From: Nitrososphaeria archaeon | GTDB taxonomy: Archaea > Thermoproteota > Nitrososphaeria > Nitrososphaerales > JAAOZN01 | NCBI GenBank assembly: GCA_029775855.1 | Contig: JARVJZ010000004.1 | Location: forward strand, 128,001-192,000 | Direction of reading: 5' to 3' | Length of the DNA: 64,000 bases | Shown: positions 28,213 through 38,054 of the stretch, piece by piece | Position numbering within the stretch: position 1 is the first letter of the stretch | Layout: each line of letters opens with the position of its first letter | Translations under genes and position numbers: made by a program | The notes under the pieces: model-generated | Databases searched by the model: none | What the model was told of the DNA's origin: nothing | What the model saw: the letters and a program-made list of their open reading frames with translations, nothing else

Positions 28213-28725
28213 CTAAGCAAGGACTAGATTATACAGATATTCCCACCCTATGTGACCTACGTGAGCATAGATGAGGTTAAGAATTATCTTACCGGATATG
28301 GCTGCTAAAAGTGCCTTGAGCTTGGGATACCTCATTGCTCCTAATGGTATCCATATTAGGTCGTCTGGGGTCAGAGGTGTAGCTGCAAAAAGAAATATCA
28401 AGATTACCCCGTATTTGTCAAGTCTCTTTCTCCATTTATCTAACCCCTCCCTCCGCTTTGTTGAGAGGAGATACCTACCACCTAACCCAACATAGTAATG
28501 CAGAAACTGCCCTACGCCAGCACCTAGGCCTCCTAACACTCCTACAATTATAGGGTTAAGCGTCGCCCCTAGAAGCGCGATGACGACATAGGATGGGAAG
28601 ATAGATATGAAGAGGCTGCTTGAGCCTAATACACCAGCTACAAAGGCGCCCACATAGCCAAGATTTGACACAATCTTTAATATAAATGCTATATCAAGCA
28701 ACCTTGGTCTCTCATCTACTTTCAT
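28213..28725 (-). CDS. VTT/SNARE-associated (DedA-like) membrane protein
   Basis: GLGAGVGQ ... YYVG, FAATPLTPDD, GK. Confidence 0.82.
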   Translation of the reverse strand: MKVDERPRLLDIAFILKIVSNLGYVGAFVAGVLGSSSLFISIFPSYVVIALLGATLNPIIVGVLGGLGAGVGQFLHYYVGLGGRYLLSTKRREGLDKWRKRLDKYGVILIFLFAATPLTPDDLIWIPLGAMRYPKLKALLAAISGKIILNLIYAHVGHIGWEYLYNLVLA

Positions 28726-28728
28726 AAA

Positions 28729-29154
28729 TTAAACAGAATGCTCAAAATAGTCTACTTTTAGCTGTAGAATACCCCTTAAAGAAGCTAATTCCTCGCCAAT
28801 TTTCTTTATCTCGAAGCTAGAGCCTCTTACCACAATAACCGCCAAACACTTGATTTCATCGAGATGGATGTGTAGTGTTGAGGACACCAAATTTCTATAT
28901 TTGTGCTGTATGTCGGTTATCTTCTCATCCAGTCCACCTACTTCGTGGTTATAGATCAGCAATATGACCGCTGAACCTCTTGACTTAGGTTCCTGGCTCC
29001 ATTGAAATTCGCTTATGAAGTTTCTCATTGCGGCTTGTATGGCTCTTGAGCGTTCATTATACCCCATAGATGAGGAGACCTTATCAAAGAGGTCCAGTAG
29101 GGTTGGTGGTAAGGATATGCTAATTCTCTTGACATTCTCCTCTTTTTCTTTCAA
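28729..29154 (-). CDS. nikR: NikR-type ribbon-helix-helix regulator
   Basis: RISISLP, RSRAI, YNHE, IQH, HIHL ... C. Confidence 0.82.
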   Translation of the reverse strand: MKEKEENVKRISISLPPTLLDLFDKVSSSMGYNERSRAIQAAMRNFISEFQWSQEPKSRGSAVILLIYNHEVGGLDEKITDIQHKYRNLVSSTLHIHLDEIKCLAVIVVRGSSFEIKKIGEELASLRGILQLKVDYFEHSV

Positions 29155-29198
29155 CCTAGAATAGGCACCATAGACCTTATGTATAAACTTGATGGGAC

Positions 29199-29882
29199 TT
29201 ACTTGCGTCCTGCAACCAAGAGAAGTATGTCCGAGAGGTTATCTACCAGATAGTCTGGTTCAGCATCTAAGTCACTCTTAGAGCCGAAGAATGTGCTTTT
29301 TAAGGCCACAACCACTACCCCGGCCGCTCTACCAGCCTTAACATCTATGGGGCTATCTCCTACAAACATAGCACGACTTTCAGAAACAGCAAACCTTCCT
29401 AAAACCCATTTTATACCATCAGGATAAGGTTTCAACCTAAGCCCATCGTTTCTGGTTATAATAGCGTCAAAGAAGCCTTCTAAACCAAACTTCTTTATCA
29501 TAAACTCAGTAGCTTTCCTACCGTTATTAGTAACTAAAGCGAGCTTCAAACCGAGCTTTTTAAGAGCTTGTAGAACTTGTAATGTGTCTTCAAATAAGCG
29601 CGTCGTAAGAGCAGCTTCCATCTCATATTCGTCAATTACTTCGCTAACACGCCTCATGACTTCATCCAAGTCAAGCGAACCTAATCGCTTGACTTGGAAA
29701 ACAATTTCGTCAAATATATCTTGCGTGGATTTGCGTAGAGCTTCATCAGATAAAGATATTCCCATTTCAGCCAAGATCTTCAGAACACTTATCTTGGCTT
29801 CTTTGAAACGGTATCTGAACTCAACTAAAGTGCCATCAAGATCAAATATAACTAGATCTACTGAACGATTAACGATAACCAA
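29199..29882 (-). CDS. HAD family hydrolase
   Basis: FDLDGTL, VTNN, KPYP, VGDS. Confidence 0.9.
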   Translation of the reverse strand: MVIVNRSVDLVIFDLDGTLVEFRYRFKEAKISVLKILAEMGISLSDEALRKSTQDIFDEIVFQVKRLGSLDLDEVMRRVSEVIDEYEMEAALTTRLFEDTLQVLQALKKLGLKLALVTNNGRKATEFMIKKFGLEGFFDAIITRNDGLRLKPYPDGIKWVLGRFAVSESRAMFVGDSPIDVKAGRAAGVVVVALKSTFFGSKSDLDAEPDYLVDNLSDILLLVAGRK

Positions 29883-30339
29883 TTTGCATACCTAAATTTT
29901 TGGGTTCTAATTCAAGCGTGGAATAAGCTTTCCAGATAGCATCAATAGCATCCTTCTCTCCATAAGATTTATGGTGGAGGAGATGCCCGAGACAACCTTG
30001 CTTACAATCTGAGGAGCCAAATCCTTTAATCGGTTGAGCGCCCAATAGTAAGCAGATCCTCTTATTAACTTCACACTCCATTCTCTTCTTAGTAGGTGAG
30101 AAGACGGCTTCCAACACTACACCATCACCATCAAGCAGATAATCTATATGCCAAAATCGCTTTTTATTTGGAACCAGATGTCTCCCAATCCTCCTCTCTA
30201 GGCTCGCTGAACCTTCCCCAAATGCTGAACCTGTGTAGATGTAGTAGCCCTTTTCAATATAAAGCTGTAAGCCAGATCTGAGCCTAATCGGCTTATCCTT
30301 ACATAACTCTATAAATAGACTATACACACCCTTACTCAA
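29869..30339 (-). CDS. DUF123 (Uri/GIY-YIG superfamily) protein
   Basis: KGVYSL, YIYTGSA, WHIDYL, EC, FGSSDC. Confidence 0.88.
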   Translation of the reverse strand: MSKGVYSLFIELCKDKPIRLRSGLQLYIEKGYYIYTGSAFGEGSASLERRIGRHLVPNKKRFWHIDYLLDGDGVVLEAVFSPTKKRMECEVNKRICLLLGAQPIKGFGSSDCKQGCLGHLLHHKSYGEKDAIDAIWKAYSTLELEPKNLGMQIGYR

Positions 30340-30340
30340 A

Positions 30341-30472
30341 CTAGTCAGCTCGCCCCTTAGCGACCAAGATCAGAATTACAAGCCCAGCAAATCCCAATGC
30401 AACAATAAGTAAAGATATGGGAAACATCAGCTCAGAGCCTTTAACTGCAAGCATCAAAAACTCCTTTAGCAT
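30341..30472 (-). CDS. 43-aa single-TM microprotein (not in the ORF track; alternative start 30454)
   Basis: MLKEFLMLAVKGSELMFPISLLIVALGFAGLVILILVAKGRAD; stop 1 nt from the DUF123 start; GGAG precedes the second ATG. Confidence 0.55.
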   Translation of the reverse strand: MLKEFLMLAVKGSELMFPISLLIVALGFAGLVILILVAKGRAD

Positions 30473-30568
30473 CCCAAAAGATGTGATTAGACACCATCTT
30501 AAAGTTTAAGTTCGGTAATCAAAAGGGTTAAAAGTTAAGTATAGCCAGTTCGAATCCCATATTGAAGG

Positions 30569-31792
30569 TTGATTAGAGAAATGAACTTGGAACAAGGACC
30601 TTGGGTAGGCGACAAATGGTGGGTCAGCCACTTCAACTATGTAGAAGAGGTAAGAAAGAACTTCAACCTACCTAACAGAGTCGAAATATACGATGTGACT
30701 CTTAGAGACGGGGAGCAGACACCCGGAGTAGTCTTCAAAAAGGAAGAAAAACTGCACATAGCACAGCTCCTAGACGAAGCTGGTGTGCATAGAATCGAAG
30801 CCGGCATGCCAGTAGTCTCATCTGAAGACGCTGAGGCAGTCAAAGCCATAGCCCACGCCGGGCTTAAGGCAAAGATCTTTGGCTTCTGCCGTATGGTGAA
30901 GGGCGATATCGACGCTGCGATAAAAAGTGATGTTCAAGGAGTAATAATAGAGGGACCTGTCGGTGTGCCTAAGCTGAAGCAGTTCGGCTGGCCTTACGAT
31001 GAAGTCGTTAAGAAAGCTATAGAGGCTGTGGATTATGCTAAAGCGCACGGGCTGCAGACAGCATTCTTCTCTGTAGATATGACTAGAGCGGAACTCTCAT
31101 TCATAAAGAGGCTGTTGAGCGAAATAGGCACACAAACAAAGGTTGACTCCTTCATTGTTGTTGATACGTTTGGTTGCGCTTTACCCGAGGCTATGGCCTA
31201 CTTGGTTAGGGAGCTCAAGAAGGTGGTTAAGCAGCCGCTTGAAATGCACTGCCACAACGACTTTGGCTTGGGTACGGCTTGCACATTAGCTGGTATAGCT
31301 GCTGGAGCTGAGGTAGCGCATACGTCTGTTAACGGCATAGGTGAGAGAACTGGAAACGTCTCTTTTGAGGAAGTTGTTATGGGTTTGAAGTATCTTTATG
31401 GTGTCGATTTAGATATAAAGACTGAAAAGTTATATGAGTTATCTAAAGTCGTTGAACAATACTCAAGGTTCAAGGTTCCAGTTAATAAGCCGTTTGTAGG
31501 CGATCGAGCCTTTACCAGAGAAGCAGGAATATCAATCGCTGGTTGGGTTAAGTACTACCTCGGTTCAGAACCTATTCTCCCTGAGTTGGTAGGCAATAGA
31601 CACGGTGTAGTTATGGGGAAGAAGAGTGGTAGGCATTCGGTTGAGTGGAAACTGCAGCAGCTAGGTATGCACGCTCCTCCTGAAAAGATCCCACTGATAC
31701 TTGAGGAGCTTAAAAACGAGTCTGTAAGAAGAAAAGCAGCGATAGAGGATGAAGACTTCAAGAGCATAGTCGCCAAGGTGCTTTCGTCTTAA
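30569..31792 (+). CDS. LeuA/homocitrate/citramalate synthase family DRE-TIM enzyme (divergent)
   Basis: DVTLRDGEQTPG, HCHNDFG, GIGERTGN, GKKSG. Confidence 0.85.
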   Translation: MIREMNLEQGPWVGDKWWVSHFNYVEEVRKNFNLPNRVEIYDVTLRDGEQTPGVVFKKEEKLHIAQLLDEAGVHRIEAGMPVVSSEDAEAVKAIAHAGLKAKIFGFCRMVKGDIDAAIKSDVQGVIIEGPVGVPKLKQFGWPYDEVVKKAIEAVDYAKAHGLQTAFFSVDMTRAELSFIKRLLSEIGTQTKVDSFIVVDTFGCALPEAMAYLVRELKKVVKQPLEMHCHNDFGLGTACTLAGIAAGAEVAHTSVNGIGERTGNVSFEEVVMGLKYLYGVDLDIKTEKLYELSKVVEQYSRFKVPVNKPFVGDRAFTREAGISIAGWVKYYLGSEPILPELVGNRHGVVMGKKSGRHSVEWKLQQLGMHAPPEKIPLILEELKNESVRRKAAIEDEDFKSIVAKVLSS

Positions 31793-31889
31793 ATCGGAGT
31801 GTGAGTGGCTTTCTCAATAACCCCATCTCTTCAAAAAGTTTAACTAACAAGAGAAGAAAACACAGCTCAGCAGAAGAGAAGCGGCTAAA

Positions 31890-32561
31890 GTGAGCCATAT
31901 GCTAGCAATCTTTGACTTAGAGGGTGTTCTTGTCGACGGGGAATTCCTTCCAGAATTAGCCAAGCTTAAAGGTATAGAGGATAGGATCTGGGATATAACG
32001 CTGAAAGGGATAAGAGGGGAAATAAACTGGGAAGATGGTTTACGAATGAGAATAGAAGAGCTAAAGGGCGCAAGCTACAGCGACTGCGTAAACATATCTA
32101 ACAGCCTTAGGCTTATGCCGGGCGCTAAAGAAGTCTGTAAAGCACTAAGAGAGATGGGGTTTATGTTGGCATCAGTTTCAGGAGGATTCACTTTACTTGC
32201 TGAGCGTGTTCAAAAAGAACTCGGCTTGGACTATTTTTTCGCTAATGAGTTAGTGTTTGTAGCGGATAAATTAAATTCTGTAGTTATAAGAGTTAACTCA
32301 AATAAGGCAAACTCGATTCAAGGTTTGGTAAGGGCGTTAAAGGAGCCTAAGGAGCAGATAATAGCTGTGGTGGATGGGGCTAATGACCTTACACTCTTTG
32401 AACTAGCGGGGTTAAGAGTGGCGTTCTGCGCACAACCTGTAGTAGAATCTAATGCAGACGTGGTCATAAAAAATAAAGATTTGAGGCTTATCTTACCGCA
32501 TATCAGAAGATATATCAATAATTTAGAAAACAACGGCATCATAATCAAGAAATACAGATAA
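31890..32561 (+). CDS. serB: Phosphoserine phosphatase
   Basis: FDLEGVL, VSGGF, DGANDL. Confidence 0.85.
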   Translation: MSHMLAIFDLEGVLVDGEFLPELAKLKGIEDRIWDITLKGIRGEINWEDGLRMRIEELKGASYSDCVNISNSLRLMPGAKEVCKALREMGFMLASVSGGFTLLAERVQKELGLDYFFANELVFVADKLNSVVIRVNSNKANSIQGLVRALKEPKEQIIAVVDGANDLTLFELAGLRVAFCAQPVVESNADVVIKNKDLRLILPHIRRYINNLENNGIIIKKYR

Positions 32562-32672
32562 AATAGAGAGACTCACCTTGAAAAACCTAAACTATTTAGT
32601 GATCTTATTCGGTCTAAATTATGCTAAGCATATATCTTAGAAAAGGTTAATCACAGCTCGGAGGCGCCTAAC

Positions 32673-33242
32673 TTGCTGGAGGATGGAGGGTTGATAGAGA
32701 TACGCTGGCACGGGCGAGGTGGACAAGGTGCTGTCACGGCTGCTGAACTATTTGCACACGCGGCTATAAATCAAGGCTGGTACGCTCAAGCATCCCCTTC
32801 TTTTGGTCCAGAGAGGCGTGGTGCACCCGTGATGGCTTATAATAGATTAGACAATGTGCCCATAGGTATAAGGTCTGAAGTCTATGAGCCAGATGTTGTT
32901 GTAGTTATAGATCCAAGTCTTCTGAAGATGGTAAATGTGCTGGAGGGCCTTAAAGAAAATGGGACGCTTATAATAAATACAAGGAAGACGATAAATGATA
33001 TTAGAGGAGAATTGGGTTTAAACTACCGAATCGCAGTTATAGATGCCAAAAAAATAGCGCTTGAAACACTTGGGGTACCAATAGTCAACACAACGATGCT
33101 AGGAGCAGTTACTAGAGTAATCGGTCTAGTTGACTTAGAATTTATTTTAGACGCTGTAAAAGAACGATTCAGTGCAAAAGCCAGTGAAATGAATGCTAAA
33201 GCGGTAGCAAGAGGGTTCAACGAAGTTAAAATAGGTGAGTAG
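32673..33242 (+). CDS. porG: Pyruvate/2-ketoisovalerate:ferredoxin oxidoreductase gamma subunit
   Basis: EIRWHGRGGQGAVT, FGPERRGAPV, NTTMLGA. Confidence 0.9.
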   Translation: MLEDGGLIEIRWHGRGGQGAVTAAELFAHAAINQGWYAQASPSFGPERRGAPVMAYNRLDNVPIGIRSEVYEPDVVVVIDPSLLKMVNVLEGLKENGTLIINTRKTINDIRGELGLNYRIAVIDAKKIALETLGVPIVNTTMLGAVTRVIGLVDLEFILDAVKERFSAKASEMNAKAVARGFNEVKIGE

Positions 33243-33531
33243 ATTGACCACTGACAAACCTACAGTTAAAAACCTACCAATAGCAGGCATAATCTTCGTC
33301 CCAGGTTCAGCAAAAGAGTATAACACAGGCGCATTTAGAAGCCAGAAGCCAATCCTAGACGCTAAACTTTGTACTAAATGTGGAATGTGCTGGGTTTACT
33401 GCCCAGATGGAGCGGTCTTTGTCAACTCTGAAGGCATGTATGAAATCAACTTAAAGTATTGTAAGGGCTGTGGGATATGCTCTGAAGAATGCGCTAGAAA
33501 GGCCATTAAGATGGTTGATGAGGAGGAGTAA
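33235..33531 (+). CDS. porD: Pyruvate:ferredoxin oxidoreductase delta subunit (2x[4Fe-4S])
   Basis: CTKCGMCWVYCP and CKGCGICSEEC. Confidence 0.9.
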   Translation: MSRLTTDKPTVKNLPIAGIIFVPGSAKEYNTGAFRSQKPILDAKLCTKCGMCWVYCPDGAVFVNSEGMYEINLKYCKGCGICSEECARKAIKMVDEEE

Positions 33532-33533
33532 AG

Positions 33534-34715
33534 TTGGGTAAGCGGATCTCTATAGAATGCGCACACGCAGCATCCTTAGCCGTCAAGTTAGCTAATGTAG
33601 ATGTAATAGCAGCCTACCCTATAACACCGCAGACACATATCGTAGAGCGCTTAGCGGAATATGTGGCAAATGGAGAACTCGATGCAGAATACATAAATGT
33701 CGAATCAGAGCATTCAGCTATGAGCGCATGCATAGGTGCGAGTGCAGCTGGAGCTAGAGTCTACACGTCAACGGCTGGTCAAGGGTTAGCTCTTATGCAC
33801 GAAATGCTCTTCATTGCTGCTGGGAACAGGCTTCCTATAGTTATGGGTGTGGCAAATAGATCACTTTCACCAAACTTGAACATATGGGGTGACCAAAGCG
33901 ACATGATGGCTTCTAGAGACTGCGGATGGATCCAGATATATGCTGAAAACGCGCAGGAGGTCTTTGACCACACGCTTCAAGCCTTTAAGATTGCTGAAGA
34001 TGAGCGCGTTCTCTTACCTGTGGCTGTTTGCTTCGACGGTTTCCACGTCACACACGTTATAGAGCCTCTTATTACACTCGACCAAGAAGAGGTTGACCGC
34101 TTTCTACCCAAACATAGAAAGGCAGTATACAAGCTTACACCCGACCAGCCAAGCACGTGGGGTCCTGTTGCCGGGCCTGATATCCAGACGGAGTTGAAGG
34201 TTCAAAATGAATGGGCGCTGAATTCATCGAAGGATGTAATCTTAGAAGTTTGGCGTGAATTTGGCGATCTATTTGGGCGATACTATGCGCCCCTTGAGAC
34301 ATATAAAGTCGAGGATGCTGATGCCGTTATACTCATATTAGGGGGCTTTGCGGGAACGGGAAGAGTGGCTATAGATAAGATGAGGGAAGAGGGCAAGAAG
34401 ATAGGTTTAGTTAAACTTAGACTCTACAGACCATTCCCCATACAAGAAGTGAAAGATCTTTTGACTAGAGTTAAGGCTGTGGCTGTAGTGGATAGGGCAA
34501 TATCTGCAGGAGGATTAGGAGGCCCGGTCTACGGCGATATAAGAAACATACTATATGATGAAGAGCATCGACCGAAAGTTCTAAGTTTCATAGCAGGCTT
34601 AGGAGGACGGGACATAACGGTAAAGGACTTTAAGAGGATAGGTGAGAAGGTGCTAGACGTGGCAGCCAAAGGGCATAGTGAACATAAGGTTGACTTTATT
34701 CAGGTGAGGATATAA
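33534..34715 (+). CDS. porA: Pyruvate:ferredoxin oxidoreductase alpha subunit
   Basis: AYPITPQT, VESEHSA, YRPFP, GLGGRD. Confidence 0.9.
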   Translation: MGKRISIECAHAASLAVKLANVDVIAAYPITPQTHIVERLAEYVANGELDAEYINVESEHSAMSACIGASAAGARVYTSTAGQGLALMHEMLFIAAGNRLPIVMGVANRSLSPNLNIWGDQSDMMASRDCGWIQIYAENAQEVFDHTLQAFKIAEDERVLLPVAVCFDGFHVTHVIEPLITLDQEEVDRFLPKHRKAVYKLTPDQPSTWGPVAGPDIQTELKVQNEWALNSSKDVILEVWREFGDLFGRYYAPLETYKVEDADAVILILGGFAGTGRVAIDKMREEGKKIGLVKLRLYRPFPIQEVKDLLTRVKAVAVVDRAISAGGLGGPVYGDIRNILYDEEHRPKVLSFIAGLGGRDITVKDFKRIGEKVLDVAAKGHSEHKVDFIQVRI

Positions 34716-34716
34716 G

Positions 34717-35652
34717 ATGAGCGCACAAGCATTCAGAAGCATAAAAGATATTCCTCTTGAGGAATACTTTACACCAGGCCATAGAGCCTGCCAAGGATGC
34801 GGGGAAACCATAGCAGTTAGGCATATTTTGAAAGCAGCCGGACCTGATGTAATTGTGGTGAACGCTACTGGATGCCTTGAAGTAATTTCATCACCCTACC
34901 CCTACACAGCTTGGGCTGTGCCTTGGTATCACGTCGCTTTTGAAAATGCTGCCGCTGTAGCTTCTGGTATTGAGGCTGCTCTGAAGGTTTTAACGAGGAA
35001 GAATTTGATCTCTGGGAAGAAGATTCATGTGGTTTGCTTTGCTGGAGACGGGGGCACAGCAGACATAGGTTTTCAAGCGCTCTCTGGCGCCTTAGAGCGG
35101 GGGCACGACTTCCTTTACGTATGTTTAGATAACGAAGCATATATGAACACAGGCATCCAGAGGTCGAGCTCAACACCATACGGCGCTTGGACCACAACCT
35201 CTCCGCCTGGTAAAGTAAAACCAGCTGGTCAGATGACATATAAGAAGGATCTACCTTCAATATTCGCTGCACATGGAATACCTTACGTGGCAACAGCAAC
35301 AGTAGCCTATCCACTAGACCTCATTAATAAGGCTAAGAAGGGGCTTGAGGTTGAAGGGCCTGCTTATCTACATGTATACACTCCTTGCTCACCAGGATGG
35401 CGGATTCCAAGTGAAAAGGTGGTTCAAGTTAGTAGGCTTGGTGTTCAGACAGGTATGTTCCTCATCTACGAGGTTGAGAATGGGCAGTTGAGGTTGACGG
35501 TCAAGCCTTCGCGAAGGAAGCCTGTTACTGAGTATCTTAAGATGCAGGGTAGGTTTAGGCACCTCTCTGATGAAGATGTTGAGAGGATTCAGCGCCTCGT
35601 TGATGAGCGGTGTGCTAAGTTTGGGCTTCCTCCCTTAGAAGCTTCTACTTAG
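34717..35652 (+). CDS. porB: Pyruvate:ferredoxin oxidoreductase beta subunit
   Basis: GHRACQGC, GDGG, DNEAYMNTGIQRS TPP-binding motif, QGRFRHL. Confidence 0.9.
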   Translation: MSAQAFRSIKDIPLEEYFTPGHRACQGCGETIAVRHILKAAGPDVIVVNATGCLEVISSPYPYTAWAVPWYHVAFENAAAVASGIEAALKVLTRKNLISGKKIHVVCFAGDGGTADIGFQALSGALERGHDFLYVCLDNEAYMNTGIQRSSSTPYGAWTTTSPPGKVKPAGQMTYKKDLPSIFAAHGIPYVATATVAYPLDLINKAKKGLEVEGPAYLHVYTPCSPGWRIPSEKVVQVSRLGVQTGMFLIYEVENGQLRLTVKPSRRKPVTEYLKMQGRFRHLSDEDVERIQRLVDERCAKFGLPPLEAST

Positions 35653-36190
35653 CTGAGTTCCCGCTGATCCACTCTTTCTCAACCACGCCACTCTTTAATG
35701 CTGTGTATCTTGCCGCTACATATAGTAGTGAAGATAGTCTGTTAAGATATTTGACGGAAGAGAGTAGTCGTGAATCTGTTCTTGATAGCTTCACTATGAT
35801 GCGCTCAGCCCGCCTTACTACACTTCTCGCCAAGTATAGTGAGGCTACAGCTGGTGTTCCATTTGGAAGCACGAATCTACGGTAATCAGGTAGAGCTTTG
35901 GCAAGTATATTTAGATGCTCTTCCAGAACCTTCACCATACTTTCATTCACGCGGCTTTCTGAAATTGGGGAGATAACATCCAAGCCGATTAGGAAGAAGT
36001 CTTGCTGCACCGCTTCGAGTATGCTGTTTATTTCTGGTAGATTGACGAAGCTTCTAGACAAGCCTATCATAGAGTTTGCTTCATCGAGCTCGCCTAAAGC
36101 CTCTATTCTAATGTCATCTTTACCAACTCTAACGCCTTTTAGAAGGCTTGTCTCACCTTTATCTCCACTACCCGTATAGAACTTGGTCAT
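35645..36190 (-). CDS. pduO: PduO-type cob(I)alamin adenosyltransferase
   Basis: YTGSGDKGETSL, GELDEANS, RRAER, YLNRLS. Confidence 0.9.
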   Translation of the reverse strand: MTKFYTGSGDKGETSLLKGVRVGKDDIRIEALGELDEANSMIGLSRSFVNLPEINSILEAVQQDFFLIGLDVISPISESRVNESMVKVLEEHLNILAKALPDYRRFVLPNGTPAVASLYLARSVVRRAERIIVKLSRTDSRLLSSVKYLNRLSSLLYVAARYTALKSGVVEKEWISGNSAK

Positions 36191-36289
36191 ACAGCATCCT
36201 CATACTGTGATGGTTGATTAAAATCCTTACCTTCCTCTTATGTTACAATCAAAACACTTTTTAGTCTAATACGCTTAATATTAAGCGGC

Positions 36290-36568
36290 ATGACCCTAGG
36301 CTTTGTCATATTTTATAGAGTAAGGGAGCTAACGCCTAAGGAGCTAGAGGACTCAAAGAAGAAGTGGGAGGATTTCAAGCAGAAGAAGTGGCCTAAAGAT
36401 GTGAAGCTGGTAGGTGAATACGACCACGCATTCGGTATAGGGTACAACGGCTTCTTTGTGGTTGAGGCTGAGGATTACGATGCTTTCTTAAAGTTCTATG
36501 ACACCTTTAGGGATCACACTAGATGGTATGTGACTGAAACTAGAACGATAACTGGGGTTAAGCAGTAG
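36290..36568 (+). CDS. Small hypothetical protein, probable ferredoxin-like/GYD-related fold
   Basis: 92-aa ORF with alternating beta/alpha pattern; fills the gap and has its own promoter-like region. Confidence 0.6.
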   Translation: MTLGFVIFYRVRELTPKELEDSKKKWEDFKQKKWPKDVKLVGEYDHAFGIGYNGFFVVEAEDYDAFLKFYDTFRDHTRWYVTETRTITGVKQ

Positions 36569-36576
36569 GCGCCCCT

Positions 36577-36771
36577 TCAACTCCTTTTTTCTTTTTGTAA
36601 GACCCCTTTTAGCCACGCTTCTAAGGTGATCTCTGGGGGGCGCTCGTAAGTCTTTTCAAAACCGCATTTGTTGCATCTCACATATACTCTTACAACATTT
36701 CTTAATGGGTTTTGTGTTGTACTTACTTTGAGGCTACCACCGCATACTGGGCAATTTACCTCACTGCTCAT
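36577..36771 (-). CDS. Zinc-ribbon protein
   Basis: CPVCG ... CNKCG. Confidence 0.7.
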   Translation of the reverse strand: MSSEVNCPVCGGSLKVSTTQNPLRNVVRVYVRCNKCGFEKTYERPPEITLEAWLKGVLQKEKRS

Positions 36772-36805
36772 ACCTTAGGTTATTATGTGAACCCGTATAT
36801 GAAGA

Positions 36806-38005
36806 TTAATCGAAGCCTTTATGAGTTAAGTCTCTTAGCGCAGCTTCTGCTAAAGAGGGGTTTGAAGCGCTTACTATTAGAAGTTTGGTATCTTGTGTTA
36901 GCATCGCTAGATTTCTACCATCAATTCTTAATATTCGCCCATCTTTAGATAGTGCTCCACTCAGCTCACTGTAGAGCATCTGCTTTAATGTTTTGGCTTG
37001 CTCATCGGTTGATAAGTTGATCTGCCAGTAGAGTAGTAGGTCTTCTTCGTTTAGGTAGAGAGTTGAATTATCGCCAATCCACCAAGATGTAGCCTTGAGT
37101 GCTTCCTCGGAATCTAATGTGCGGGTTAGAAAGAGGTTAAAGAAGTAGGCGCCTAAAACATCTGGGTAGTAGATGCGCCAGCCAGAAGTGGGTGGAGAAG
37201 GATTATTTGGGTAAGCTGGTTTAAAGCCGCTTAGGTAGAGGTTTGGGTATAGTATTTCAGCTGTTGATGTAGGGGGTTCTACGTGAGCTTGATCTAAACC
37301 ACGCCAGCCTTCAGCGACATATATTTTATAAGCAAAGGTTAGACCATAGATATATGGAAATAAAGTTAATTGATCTACAAACCACTTATTTATACCGCTT
37401 TTGGGCGGCTTCGGCATAGGCATAGTTGAGGTAAGTCTACCCGTTTTATTTGATGTATATAGCTCTGCTACCAAGTCTGCTTCTCCTTCAATGAAGGCTG
37501 ACCAAGCTAGTTGTGAATCCATAGTTAGGAACTTGGAATGCTTTGCTCTGTTATATTGGAGAATATGTGTATATTCATGCGCTAGGATTCTGGGTGCATC
37601 ATCAGAGTGTGGATTGAAATATTCTCTGACTATATAGAGTGTGTAGGCTGAGGCTGCTGCTACCACGAGCCCAGCCCTCTCTTTCTTATATTCTTTGATG
37701 GAGAAGTTTTGTGGTACAAGTAGTAGAGATTTATACAGTGCTTCCCTCGCGGCATCCAATTCATCTACGCCGTCTGATGTATCTTTCTGGAAGAAGGATA
37801 TGTCAACTACTTTCAGATTTATGGGGTTTGTAGATGTTAGGTTGCGTAAGGATTCTGTATCAGCTTTAACTTTTTGGAATAGTCTTCTGACTTCCGCTTC
37901 GTATTCATCTTCTTCGCTGGCTCGGTTGAGGTATAGGGCTGAGGCTGTGATAAGAAGCGCAGCGAATATTATTGTTAGAAGCAGCTTTTTTGAAGCCGTT
38001 CTCAA
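36806..38005 (-). CDS. Membrane-anchored HExxH zinc metallopeptidase-like surface protein
   Basis: N-terminal TM; LAHEYTHILQ, FIEGEA, FPY, PPTSTAEI. Confidence 0.75.
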   Translation of the reverse strand: MRTASKKLLLTIIFAALLITASALYLNRASEEDEYEAEVRRLFQKVKADTESLRNLTSTNPINLKVVDISFFQKDTSDGVDELDAAREALYKSLLLVPQNFSIKEYKKERAGLVVAAASAYTLYIVREYFNPHSDDAPRILAHEYTHILQYNRAKHSKFLTMDSQLAWSAFIEGEADLVAELYTSNKTGRLTSTMPMPKPPKSGINKWFVDQLTLFPYIYGLTFAYKIYVAEGWRGLDQAHVEPPTSTAEILYPNLYLSGFKPAYPNNPSPPTSGWRIYYPDVLGAYFFNLFLTRTLDSEEALKATSWWIGDNSTLYLNEEDLLLYWQINLSTDEQAKTLKQMLYSELSGALSKDGRILRIDGRNLAMLTQDTKLLIVSASNPSLAEAALRDLTHKGFD

Positions 38006-38054
38006 CCGAACGATGGTTCGCTTTAAAGCATTTTAACTTTATCTGCTTAACTGG

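Noticed and set aside
29869-30339. DUF123 nuclease as a defence gene
   Set aside because: A widespread archaeal family in a housekeeping context.
31793-31850. Possible fluoride riboswitch or C/D sRNA (GAGATGGGGTT on the minus strand)
   Set aside because: The required pairing partners and box spacing are absent.
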